Shown: positions 27,941-36,886 of the stretch, in pieces
Layout: every line of letters starts with the position of its first letter
Position numbering within the stretch: the first letter of the stretch is position 1
Origin: Candidatus Methylomirabilota bacterium
GTDB lineage: Bacteria > Methylomirabilota > Methylomirabilia > Rokubacteriales > CSP1-6
Assembly (NCBI GenBank): GCA_046726415.1
Contig: JBKPAK010000129.1
Coordinates: 1 to 41,732, forward strand
Direction: 5' to 3'
Length of the DNA: 41,732 nt
The notes under the pieces: model-generated
Databases searched by the model: none
Told to the model about the DNA's origin: nothing
Seen by the model: only the letters and a program-made list of their open reading frames with translations
Translations under genes and position numbers: made by a program

Positions 27941-28534
27941 ATGGCTAGCAAGTTCATTCAGATTCAACCAATCGCTCATGGGTCAGACATGCTGAACCTG
28001 GCTGCGGAGAATGGGAAGCTCCTACGCGTGCCGAAGATCCCCAAGCCACCGGATGGCAAGCCGCGTCAAGGATTTCTTGAACTAGACCAGTGCGCTGCCG
28101 TGGCCAGGTATCTCGCGCCGCACCTCCAGGTGGCGACCGCAATCGGCTACACACTAGGATGGCGGACCCAGGAAGTCTTGACGCGGCAGCGACAGCACCT
28201 CGACCTCGAGGAAGGGACCGTACGGCTCGGCCCGGACGAAACGAAGAGCGGTGAGCCGCGCGTCGCGTACCTGCCCCCGGAGCTGATCGGGCTCCTACGG
28301 GATCACTTGGACCGCGTGACCGCCCTGGAACAGAAGACCGGACGCTCCATCCCCCATCTGTTCCCCCACTTCACCAACGGACGGCGCCACCAGGCCGGTG
28401 ACCAGCCGCGCGACTGGCGCAAGGCGTGGGTGACCGCCTGCAGGAAGGCCGGAATCCCTGGTCGTGAGCCCGGACGACCTCAAGGAAGCAGCTCGCAAGA
28501 TGGCAGGCCCTCGCCAGGAAAACCTGTCTCGTAA
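27941..28534 (+). pseudogene. Tyrosine recombinase/integrase remnant fused to an F-x-Q-I N-terminal stub
   Basis: PRQGFLE, GWRTQEV (box I Arg), ETKSGEPR, WRKAWVTACRKAGIPGR then jump to out-of-frame VSPDDLKEAARK; HxxR and catalytic Tyr region missing. Confidence 0.85.
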
Positions 28535-28632
28535 GTCTAACGATGCTGTCGGTTTTGCCGATGCTGGGCACACTGGGGGGCCACACTGCCACCTTGAGGA
28601 CCGAAGGGAGCGAGGTAAGTGCCTGATTTGCA

Positions 28633-28709
28633 TGGTGGACGATGCTGGACTCGAACCAGCGACCTCTGCCATGTGAGGGCAGCGCTCTAACCAGCTGAGC
28701 TAATCGTCC
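28633..28709 (-). tRNA. tRNA-Val (anticodon CAC)
   Basis: 77-nt cloverleaf GGACGATTAGCTCAGCTGGTTAGAGCGCTGCCCTCACATGGCAGAGGTCGCTGGTTCGAGTCCAGCATCGTCCACCA. Confidence 0.97.
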
Positions 28710-28728
28710 GCCTCAACTGACGCTTGGA

Positions 28729-28757
28729 AATCTACTCACCGCGGGCGCTGCCGTCAA
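28729..28757 (-). promoter_or_regulatory. tRNA promoter TTGACG-N17-TAGATT
   Basis: Near-consensus hexamers, 17-bp spacer, 20 bp upstream of the tRNA. Confidence 0.75.
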
Positions 28758-29047
28758 CCCCTGGCACCGCATCAGCCCTCTCCCGGCACCCGCTGGTACC
28801 CTTGGCGCATGTAGTCGTCGAGGCACCGCATGTGAGAATCTTTCGCGGTTTGATTCGCCAGGCCGATTAACTCCCACGTGTAGTAGCCACCTCGGCCGCG
28901 ATTGACACGGCTCATGCGTTCTCCTCGTCGCGAGCCGTGCTTCGTCATCAGATCCACGGTTGCTGCGGCCATCCGTTCTTCACAGATCCACGGCGGCCAT
29001 TCGACGCTCGGGCATGCGGGGGCTCGTGGGAGCGTCTTCACGAGGGG

Positions 29048-29455
29048 CTACTTCTGCTCGGTGAACTCGTACGAGTACGGGCCATAGTCGGATCGGCCCT
29101 GACCGACGAGCACCCGCTTGCCTGCGCGCTCCCGAAGAACGGCCGTCGAGGCGAGGAGCACAGTCGTCGATGGACCGGAGGCTCCCGTTCGCGTAAAGCT
29201 GACCTTCCCGTCGCTGACCGTCAGGGTCCCGTCTTGAACGTTCGCGCCAATGCGTGAAACCCAGGTGCCGTCGGGGTTGATGGTGAGCTCTATGGCCTGT
29301 GGGGCCCCCGCCGCCAGCCCTATCGCGTATCCCAACCACTTGCCGCTCAGCGACGTTGCATCGTGGACCGTTAGGGTGCGTTCGGACGGAGCGCTCGCGC
29401 ACCCGATCGCGGCGCCGAGCAGCATGACAAGGACGAGTCGCGCGAACCGCGTCAT
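29048..29455 (-). CDS. Hypothetical lipoprotein
   Basis: Signal peptide with AIGC lipobox, beta-rich mature part; GGAG RBS. Confidence 0.75.
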   Translation of the reverse strand: MTRFARLVLVMLLGAAIGCASAPSERTLTVHDATSLSGKWLGYAIGLAAGAPQAIELTINPDGTWVSRIGANVQDGTLTVSDGKVSFTRTGASGPSTTVLLASTAVLRERAGKRVLVGQGRSDYGPYSYEFTEQK

Positions 29456-29552
29456 GTCGCAGTCTCCTCTCGGATCCCGCTGCCGTCTCCCAAGAGCGGG
29501 ATCATTGTCCCTTCACGAGCCGCCATCGGATGAAGTCGCTCCGACTCCGCGA

Positions 29553-29858
29553 TCAGCGGCCGGCCGCCGAGGCTGGACGGCAAGGGTTGTCCCCGGTGTG
29601 GTAACAGATGGCCCGGACCTGTCGGGCGGGATCGACAAGGCCAAAGACCCGATATCTCCAGCCCCAGGATTTCCCACTTCGCTTGAGCTCGTCCTTGAGG
29701 CGAACGCGGCACTCGCACTCCTCCTCGTACACGCCGAGCGCCCGGACGTGGTGGATCCAGGTCCTCGGGGCGCCGTCGGGATGTGGCTCACTCAGAAGGA
29801 ATTCCTGGCACAAGGTCCACGCGAGGAACGCCGCGGTCATCTGGAGACATCGCGTCAT
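29553..29858 (-). CDS. Small Cys-containing hypothetical protein, possibly secreted
   Basis: GGAAAGGA RBS; hydrophobic N-terminus; lies between two lipoprotein genes. Confidence 0.5.
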   Translation of the reverse strand: MTRCLQMTAAFLAWTLCQEFLLSEPHPDGAPRTWIHHVRALGVYEEECECRVRLKDELKRSGKSWGWRYRVFGLVDPARQVRAICYHTGDNPCRPASAAGR

Positions 29859-29879
29859 GACCCCGTCCTTTCCGCCATC

Positions 29880-30290
29880 TTAGCGCGTCGGGCGCCCGGC
29901 GATGACGCTCTGGATCTCACCCAGGATTCTGTTTTCCCAGTTCTGCCAGGTGATCTGCCCCCGGTATTTCCCCTTCCGCACGACTTCGATGGTGAACGCC
30001 GTGGGGCCGGCACCGGTGAGGTAGATGCCGATCCATCCCTCGCCGCTCCCTCGGCGCTCTCCGCGAATGATGCCCTCGGCCTTCGATTCGTCCAGGATCG
30101 CGAGGTGCGCGCTGGCGACCTGGTAGGCCGCGCTCCACACCTCATCGTAGGTGTGGTCGGTGATGGTGGCCCTCCGGCCGGGGCCGGGCTGGACGTCGGC
30201 CATCGTGTGACATCCCGCGAGCACGACCAGTAGGACCAGAAGTGTCCCTGCCCTGGCCGCTCGGCGCCGATGGCCTGTCCCAGAAAGCAT
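29880..30290 (-). CDS. Hypothetical lipoprotein
   Basis: RRRAAR-hydrophobic-LAGC lipobox; YDEVWSAAYQV helix then beta strands; start uncertain. Confidence 0.72.
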   Translation of the reverse strand: MLSGTGHRRRAARAGTLLVLLVVLAGCHTMADVQPGPGRRATITDHTYDEVWSAAYQVASAHLAILDESKAEGIIRGERRGSGEGWIGIYLTGAGPTAFTIEVVRKGKYRGQITWQNWENRILGEIQSVIAGRPTR

Positions 30291-30391
30291 GCGCCCGTGA
30301 ATCGCTGGGCTATCGCCGCGCCCCTCATCATAAGACGTGGCAGCTCGGCTGCAACCCGCCGACATTGTCGAACACCTTCCAAGGAGGCGAT

Positions 30392-30523
30392 ATGAACCCC
30401 TGGTTTGTCGCCGTCGCATCCTCGATCCCCGTGGCCGCGATGCTCTTCGTCCGGATCCGGCGCTGGCGAGGGAAGATCCGTAGCCGGCAGAGCATGTCGG
30501 CGATGGATCAGCCATTTTCGTGA
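30392..30523 (+). CDS. Small single-pass membrane protein (43 aa)
   Basis: AAGGAGG RBS; hydrophobic segment followed by RIRRWRGK. Confidence 0.5.
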   Translation: MNPWFVAVASSIPVAAMLFVRIRRWRGKIRSRQSMSAMDQPFS

Positions 30524-30892
30524 GGGGCACCGCGGCCTAGCCCGACGACGCCTGCGTCCCTCGTCCAGCCCCGCATTCCGTTCTCCGCCGTCCTCCCCGG
30601 TGAGTGCCTCCCGGCCGCGCGGGCACGCGCGCGATCTGATCGCCAACGGGCGCCGGACGCCATGGAGACATGGCCGCAAGTCTCGTTCTGTCACAGGGCT
30701 CGGGGTGATTATCGCCCACAGGTGTCTGATGGAGTGGCCGGGGAGTGTCGAGCCGCGATACGATGAGGCCGTTCACGGTGCGAGTCTGCATACCGGAAAT
30801 GGGTGAACCGTCCCGCCACAGGCCATGCTGGTGATCGACGTCGTCGCCGCGAGTCGTCGCGCGGACCAGGGTTTGGAGCGGACGTCCGCGCG

Positions 30893-31624
30893 ATGACCGG
30901 GCGGACGGGCCGTGGGCTCGCGCTGACCGGTCTGGCCGCCTGGGTGGCCTATGCGTGGCTTCCCCATCTCGCAACCTTCGGCAGCATCCGGCGTGGGGCG
31001 CAAACCCAGCGCCGGATCGCGCTGACCTTCGACGACGGACCGCATCCTCGATGGACGCCGCGCGTCCTGGACGTCCTCGCCCGACAGGGCGTCCGAGCGT
31101 CGTTTTTCCTCGTTGGGCAGCGAGCGCAGCGCGCTCCCGACGTGGTGCGGGCGATCGCGGCCGATGGACATGAAATCGACAATCACAGTTGGTCGCACCG
31201 GAGCCTCTGGCTCTGCGGCCCCGGCCGGACCCGCAGCGAGATCGTCCGGGCCCACGAGACGCTCGCGGCCCTCGTCAATCGCCCGCCGCGCTTCTTCCGG
31301 CCGCCCTGGGGTATGGTCAACGCGGCGATGCCGGCGGCCCTGCGCGCCTGTGGCGAACGCCTGATCTTCTGGTCGATCCAGCCCGAGGGTCTTCGTCCAG
31401 TGGAGGCTGCAGTCCAAGTGGACCGCGTTCTTCGGCGCGCTCGCCCCGGCGCCATCGTTGACCTGCACGACGCCGAGGGAACCTCGGGAGCGCCGGATCG
31501 CCTGCTCGACGCACTGCCGGGGATGATCGATGGCCTGCGCGCCGCGGGCTATTGTTTCGCGAGCGTTGGTGAGTTGCTCGAGGCCGAGGCCCCTGCGGCG
31601 GATGGCCAGGATGTCAGAGGATGA
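30893..31624 (+). CDS. Polysaccharide deacetylase (NodB/CE4)
   Basis: TFDDGP, NHSWSH, FRPPWG, IVDLHD; N-terminal hydrophobic anchor. Confidence 0.92.
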   Translation: MTGRTGRGLALTGLAAWVAYAWLPHLATFGSIRRGAQTQRRIALTFDDGPHPRWTPRVLDVLARQGVRASFFLVGQRAQRAPDVVRAIAADGHEIDNHSWSHRSLWLCGPGRTRSEIVRAHETLAALVNRPPRFFRPPWGMVNAAMPAALRACGERLIFWSIQPEGLRPVEAAVQVDRVLRRARPGAIVDLHDAEGTSGAPDRLLDALPGMIDGLRAAGYCFASVGELLEAEAPAADGQDVRG

Positions 31625-31664
31625 GCGACGTGTCGAGCGCGCGTTGACGGGCCGAACCAGCCCT

Positions 31665-32339
31665 TCATGCGTCTTCCCTCCTCACCGTTCCCCTCTGCAG
31701 CCGGTAGATTGTGCCCAGACCGGTCAGGACATCGGGCCGGTGACTCACCACCACGACGGCGCTTCCCTCGGTCGCCCGCCTCCGCAAGGCGGCCAGGATC
31801 ACCCGGGCATTCGCATCGTCCAGGTTGCCGGTCGGCTCGTCGGCCAGCAGCAGCGGCGGATTGTTGAAGACGGCGCGACAGAACGCGACGCGTTGCTGTT
31901 CGCCGCCCGAGAGCTGCGCCGGGTAATGATCCCGTCGCTCGGCTATGCCGAACTCCTCGAGCAACCCTTCCGCTCTGCGGCGCGCCCCCGCGCCCCGCCG
32001 CCCCACGTACCGGGCGGCGAGAAGGACATTTTCCATCGCCGTCAGCGACGGCAGGAGCAGAAACGACTGGAAGACGAGACCCACGAAGCGGCCTCGGGCC
32101 TGGCTCTTGGCCGAGCGCGAGAGCGTGCTCACGACGCGCCCCCCGTAGGCCACGACCCCAGAGTCGGCCTCCTCGAGGAGCCCCAGGACGGCGAGCAGCG
32201 TACTCTTCCCGGAGCCGGACGCGCCCGCGATGACGGCGAGCTCACCGCCGGCCACCGAGAGGTCAACCCCGGCGAGCACGGGAATCAGCGTTCCCGCGGG
32301 AGCGCGAAAGGACTTCCGGATTCCCTCGGCGAGGAGCAT
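31665..32339 (-). CDS. ABC transporter ATP-binding protein (LolD/MacB-like)
   Basis: GASGSGKST, LSGGEQQRVA, ADEPTGNLD. Confidence 0.93.
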   Translation of the reverse strand: MLLAEGIRKSFRAPAGTLIPVLAGVDLSVAGGELAVIAGASGSGKSTLLAVLGLLEEADSGVVAYGGRVVSTLSRSAKSQARGRFVGLVFQSFLLLPSLTAMENVLLAARYVGRRGAGARRRAEGLLEEFGIAERRDHYPAQLSGGEQQRVAFCRAVFNNPPLLLADEPTGNLDDANARVILAALRRRATEGSAVVVVSHRPDVLTGLGTIYRLQRGTVRREDA

Positions 32340-33520
32340 CAGAGGCCACGCCGGATGGCCTCGGCGGGACTCACCCGAACAACCCGGAGCGTCGCATAGG
32401 CGGCCGCCAGCGCGCCCAATAGTACAGCGAACACCAGGGCGCCGACGAGCAGCCGCGCGGAGAAGAGGAACAGCTGCTGCCCGCTGCGCGCCGCATAGAC
32501 CTCCACGGCCCCGCCCACGGCCAGAGCGAGGGCGATCCCAACGAGCCCGCCGGTCAGGGTCACCACGAGGGCCTCGCCCAGGATCTCTCGCCCGAGCTGG
32601 CCATCGGTGGCGCCGAGCGCGCGCTTGATGCCGAAGTCGCGAATCCGCTCGAATACCGCCGCGGTAATCGTGTTGGCCAGGGACAAGCCGCCGATCACCA
32701 GGCCGAGGGCGCCGATGCCCACGATCAACGCCGAGAAGAACGCGGTCGAGCTGCGCAAGAGATTGCTCAGCTCGCTCGGGAGCTGGACGTTGATCCCTGG
32801 GACCTGCTCGCGAATCCGCCGAGCCACCGCGTCGGGGTCCTCGCCCTCTCGCCAGCCCACCGCTGCGCCCGTGTTCAGGTCCGCTGCGGTCAGGGCGAGA
32901 CCCCCCGAGGCGAGGGCCGTCCGCAGGAGGGGATCCTTGGTCACCCACAGGACCCGCGCGTCTGCAATAGGTACGATGACGAAGCGGTCCGGCGCGGTGA
33001 GCGTGGGCTCCAGCACGCCGACGACCGCAAACGATTGACCATCCAGGGGCAGCGCGTCTCCTACGCGGAGCCCCCGCGAGGCGGCGAACGACGCGCCGAG
33101 CACGGCCACGTGCCGGTCGCCGTCCCGCAACGGGCGCCCGGACTGCACGGGCAACACGGGAAAGGATCGGTTCGGCATGGGGACGGCGAGATCCAGTCCG
33201 AGGATCAGCTCCTGCGTGAGCGTCATGAACTGAGAGACCGAGGGATTCAGGGGAAGCATGACCTGGGCCTGCACGCCGGCCACGCCCGGTACCTCCGCAA
33301 GGGCGCGGATGGTCGAGGCCTGAAGCAAACCGCCGGCGGTGAAGCCCGTGCCCATGCCCATACCGCGACCGGCCACCGAGATCTGCCCGAGCACGAAGCG
33401 ATCGCCCCCCTCGATGAACCGGACGATCCGCTCGCTCATCGCGCCGAGGGCCACCAGTCCCGCCACCCCGATGGCGACGCCCGCGATGGTGAAGGCGTAC
33501 TGACGGATGCGGACGCGCAT
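32339..33520 (-). CDS. ABC transporter permease (MacB/FtsX-like)
   Basis: N-terminal TM, periplasmic domain, ERIRDFGIKRALGA, three C-terminal TMs. Confidence 0.9.
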   Translation of the reverse strand: MRVRIRQYAFTIAGVAIGVAGLVALGAMSERIVRFIEGGDRFVLGQISVAGRGMGMGTGFTAGGLLQASTIRALAEVPGVAGVQAQVMLPLNPSVSQFMTLTQELILGLDLAVPMPNRSFPVLPVQSGRPLRDGDRHVAVLGASFAASRGLRVGDALPLDGQSFAVVGVLEPTLTAPDRFVIVPIADARVLWVTKDPLLRTALASGGLALTAADLNTGAAVGWREGEDPDAVARRIREQVPGINVQLPSELSNLLRSSTAFFSALIVGIGALGLVIGGLSLANTITAAVFERIRDFGIKRALGATDGQLGREILGEALVVTLTGGLVGIALALAVGGAVEVYAARSGQQLFLFSARLLVGALVFAVLLGALAAAYATLRVVRVSPAEAIRRGL

Positions 33521-33540
33521 GGCGGGAACCTCGCCGCCCG

Positions 33541-34827
33541 CTACCACTCCAGACGCGATGCGACGGGCCGGCCGGTGCGACGACGCACCCACCGATTGAT
33601 CCGTGCAACCCCGAAGAGAATGCTCAAACTCAACCGCGTGCGCCACGGCATGGTGAAGAAGGTCCCGCCCGAGAGGACGTGGAGCACAGCCTGGTAGATC
33701 CCGAAGATCGATTTGGGGTGCATGAGCAGATCGAAGAACGCCGGTTCGTAGTACTTGTGGATGAAGCGGAACAGCGGCGCGGTGCCGCGGCGCACGGCCC
33801 TCTCATAGCCGGTGAATCGCGCGGCCCGAAAATCGCCCGCCCTGAATGCATGCACGATGGCCTCGGCGGCAAGCTGGCCGCTTCGCATGGCGATGAAGAC
33901 ACCCCCGGAAAAGATGGGATCGACGAACGCCACGGCATCGCCGACCGCCACGAATCGATCCCCCACTACTGGAGTGTTCAGGTAAGCGAAGTTGCTCGCG
34001 CGATGCACGGGGGTCACCCGGCGGGCCCCGCGGAGGCCCGCGGCCACGCTGGGACAGCGGCGGATCATGTCTGCGTAGAGGTCATCCATCGGCAGCTGGG
34101 CCGAGCGCACGGTGCGGGCATGGAGAACACTGCCGACGCTGGTGAGGTCGTCGGCGAGCGGGATCCACCAAAACCAGCCGTCGTCGACGACGTAGATCCG
34201 GATGTTGCCCTCTTCCTTCCCCGAGCGGCGGGCGGCCCCCCGGAAATGCGCAAAGAGCGCCACCTTGCCGAGATTCGGAATGCGCGCACGGCGGCCAAGG
34301 CAGGAGGCGAGGAAGCCATCGCGGCCACTGGCGTCGACGAGCATCCTCGCGCGGACGGTGCCCGTCACGCCATCGTGCTCGACGGTCACGGCGACGCCGT
34401 CGGTGGTGAAGGTCGCCGACTGCACCGTGGCCGGCTGGTGCACGTCCACTCCCCGTGTGCGCGCGTTCTCCAGAAGGATGGTGTCGAACTCGGCCCGCGG
34501 GACTTGATACGTGTAGTTGGGCCAGGGCCGGTCAGGCAGGAAGTAGAACGTCTGCTCCTCCCGCGCGTTCTCGTCGACGAAGCATGCGCCGTACTTCACC
34601 TGGAAGCCGGCCGCCTCGACAGCCCCGCGGGCGCCCACCTGCTCCAGGATGAGCATCGTGGCGGGCATGAGCGACTCGCCCACGTGGAAGCGTGGGAAAA
34701 CGTCGCGCTCGAAGAGCCCAACCCGCAGGCCCGCGGCCGCCAGGAATCCAGCGGTCGTCGAGCCCCCCGGTCCACCTCCCACCACGACGACGTCATAGGA
34801 GACGGTCGAGTCAGCGCAATGGGTCAT
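33541..34827 (-). CDS. FAD-dependent oxidoreductase, flavin-dependent halogenase family
   Basis: GGGPGG, PRFHVGESL, GFQVKYG, GWFWWIP (WxWxIP), FVDPIFSGG. Confidence 0.85.
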   Translation of the reverse strand: MTHCADSTVSYDVVVVGGGPGGSTTAGFLAAAGLRVGLFERDVFPRFHVGESLMPATMLILEQVGARGAVEAAGFQVKYGACFVDENAREEQTFYFLPDRPWPNYTYQVPRAEFDTILLENARTRGVDVHQPATVQSATFTTDGVAVTVEHDGVTGTVRARMLVDASGRDGFLASCLGRRARIPNLGKVALFAHFRGAARRSGKEEGNIRIYVVDDGWFWWIPLADDLTSVGSVLHARTVRSAQLPMDDLYADMIRRCPSVAAGLRGARRVTPVHRASNFAYLNTPVVGDRFVAVGDAVAFVDPIFSGGVFIAMRSGQLAAEAIVHAFRAGDFRAARFTGYERAVRRGTAPLFRFIHKYYEPAFFDLLMHPKSIFGIYQAVLHVLSGGTFFTMPWRTRLSLSILFGVARINRWVRRRTGRPVASRLEW

Positions 34828-35780
34828 GGACGGCTCAGCCGTGAGGTCGCGAGGGACGCGTCGAGATTGGCGACGGCCACCCGTGACGCCGCCGGCGGAA
34901 TCGCCGGACTGACCAACTCGGGCGAATAGAGCCGACGGACCAGCGGGCTCACGAGATCGAATCCCAGGGGTCCGAGGCCGGTTTGCAGGAGGACAGCGGC
35001 CAGCACGACGGGGGCGGAGACCGTGGCGGCCGCGGCGGCCTTCGCCCGACGACGACGCGACGCGTTCAAACCGGCGCCCTCATGATCGTGAAGGTCGAAG
35101 GCGATCTCCTGAACCCACCGGGCCACAACCTGTCCCGCGAGATATGCGCCGATGGCGACGCCGTCTCGAACCGGCCGGAAGCGGCTGCGACGTCGCGCGG
35201 AGGGTATGGCGGTCACCGCGACCTCGCGGACGCGCCAGCCGTGCCGCGCCGCCGCGATGAGGACCTCGGTCTCGAAGACAAAGCCGCCACGGCAGACGCC
35301 GACCTCCTCGAGGAGGGCCATCGGATACACGCGAAAGCCCGACTGCGTATCGCGTACGCCAAGCTCGGTCACCCACTCCACGAAGAATCCAGCGACGACC
35401 ATCGCGTTGAGGCGGGCGCGCGGAAAGCGGGCGGTGTCGGTGAGGCGGTTGCCCACGATGATCTGCTCGGGCGTCTCCCGCGCCGCGCCGAGGAGAACGG
35501 GCAGATCGCCGGGCGCGTGCTGTCCGTCCCCGTCCATCGTGACCACAGCGGACGCCCCGAGCGCCCGCGCAACGGCGATGCCGGTTCTGAGGGCCGCCGC
35601 CTTGCCCCGGCGCTCGGCGTGCCGGACGACCTTGGCGCCCGCCCGCACCCCTGCCAGCCCGCTGCCGTCAGAGGATCCGTCATCGACGACGATAACCGGG
35701 GCGTAGAGGGAGGCCCCCGTCACCACGCTCGCGATGGCGAGCATCTCGTTGTAGACGGGAATGACGATGACGGGCGTCAT
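34824..35780 (-). CDS. Glycosyltransferase family 2
   Basis: IPVYNE, VDDGSSD, DGDGQH, DTQSGFRVYP, FETEVL. Confidence 0.9.
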   Translation of the reverse strand: MTPVIVIPVYNEMLAIASVVTGASLYAPVIVVDDGSSDGSGLAGVRAGAKVVRHAERRGKAAALRTGIAVARALGASAVVTMDGDGQHAPGDLPVLLGAARETPEQIIVGNRLTDTARFPRARLNAMVVAGFFVEWVTELGVRDTQSGFRVYPMALLEEVGVCRGGFVFETEVLIAAARHGWRVREVAVTAIPSARRRSRFRPVRDGVAIGAYLAGQVVARWVQEIAFDLHDHEGAGLNASRRRRAKAAAAATVSAPVVLAAVLLQTGLGPLGFDLVSPLVRRLYSPELVSPAIPPAASRVAVANLDASLATSRLSRP

Positions 35781-36886
35781 GCAGCCGGCGCAGGCCCCAC
35801 GACGAGAGCAGCCTGGGCGCCACCACGCGCGGCGCCATGCACCAGGCCGATGCCGGGTGGCACCCGCATCACTCTCACCCCAGGGTTGATGGCGTCCTCG
35901 CCTGAACCGACGATCGCGGGCAGTAGGCCGGAGCGGGCCGTCCATGCCGCCGCCGCCACCCGCAGTGCCCCCAGGGCCGAATGATGCCCCCATACTCGGG
36001 CCAAGGCGGCGATCGGTGGGCGGTACGGCGCGAGGGCCGTTTCCAGAAGCGACTGCTCCCACGCGTCGCGAGCGGTGTCGCCGCTCGCCGAGGCGTACAC
36101 CCACCCAACCGCTTCAGGGGAGCTGCCGGCCCGTCCCAGGGCGAGACCGACGACGCGCGAGCGACTGGTTCGACCCACGCCCAGCGGGCGAGCGGGAAGC
36201 GCACCGGTCGCGACCCCGAGGATCTCGCCCAGCACGCGGGCCTCTCGTGCTCGTGCTATGCCCAGGGATTCCAACACTAGGAACGCCGCGCCCTCCCCCC
36301 GCCCGCGCGCGTCGACCCCCAAGGTGCCGAGGATCTCCACGGTGTACGGATCCAGCTCATCCACACCTCCCGCGAGCAGACGGTCGGCTCGCCCCGCGGC
36401 GATCAACGTGGCGGCCCGAACCACGGCCAGTTCGCCCGGGATGCCAGGCGCGTTGATGGTCAACGACAGGGCGTGCGCCCCGAGCACCATCGAGGTCGCG
36501 GCCGCCATGGTGTTCATGACGGTGTTGGGAAACAGCAGCGCCGAGAGCCCCGCTTGCCCGCGCGCCAAATAGCCATCAGCAAAGTCACGGGTTGAGCGGA
36601 GGTCACCCAGTTCCGTGCCGACCACGAGGCCCAGGCCCTCCGAATCGCAATCGGCATCTCGCAGGGCCAAGCGGGCAGCGGCCACCGAGAGTTGGCACAC
36701 GCGCGAGAGGCGCCGCACATCGACGCCGTCGACGAGGCCGACCAGGGCCGCCGGGCCGAGCGGTCCGAAGCACGATTGCGGACGCGCCAGCGAGGCCCCG
36801 AGCGCCGACGAGCCACCGCTGAAGGCGCCCTCGACGGCCCCTACCCCAGTGATCACGACCCGGCGGCCCCCGTCCCGGTCGCTCAC
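35777..36886 (-). CDS. Ketosynthase-like protein lacking catalytic Cys (chain-length-factor-like)
   Basis: VVITGVG, LFPNTVMN, AGGVDE, GEGAAFLVLE; TINAPGIPG at the TACSS position. Confidence 0.8.
   Translation of the reverse strand: MSDRDGGRRVVITGVGAVEGAFSGGSSALGASLARPQSCFGPLGPAALVGLVDGVDVRRLSRVCQLSVAAARLALRDADCDSEGLGLVVGTELGDLRSTRDFADGYLARGQAGLSALLFPNTVMNTMAAATSMVLGAHALSLTINAPGIPGELAVVRAATLIAAGRADRLLAGGVDELDPYTVEILGTLGVDARGRGEGAAFLVLESLGIARAREARVLGEILGVATGALPARPLGVGRTSRSRVVGLALGRAGSSPEAVGWVYASASGDTARDAWEQSLLETALAPYRPPIAALARVWGHHSALGALRVAAAAWTARSGLLPAIVGSGEDAINPGVRVMRVPPGIGLVHGAARGGAQAALVVGPAPAA

Larger units (their letters stand above)
21467..28678. mobile_element. Decayed integrative element (phage-satellite-like) in tRNA-Val(CAC)
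   Basis: Flanking 47-bp direct repeat, tyrosine integrase remnant next to the tRNA, primase/terminase fragments, XRE regulator, small hypothetical genes. Confidence 0.9.

Noticed and set aside
31665-33608. 647-aa fused MacB-type ORF as listed in the track
   Set aside because: N-terminal part is an off-frame shadow of the permease; the ATPase starts at 32339 via TGATG coupling
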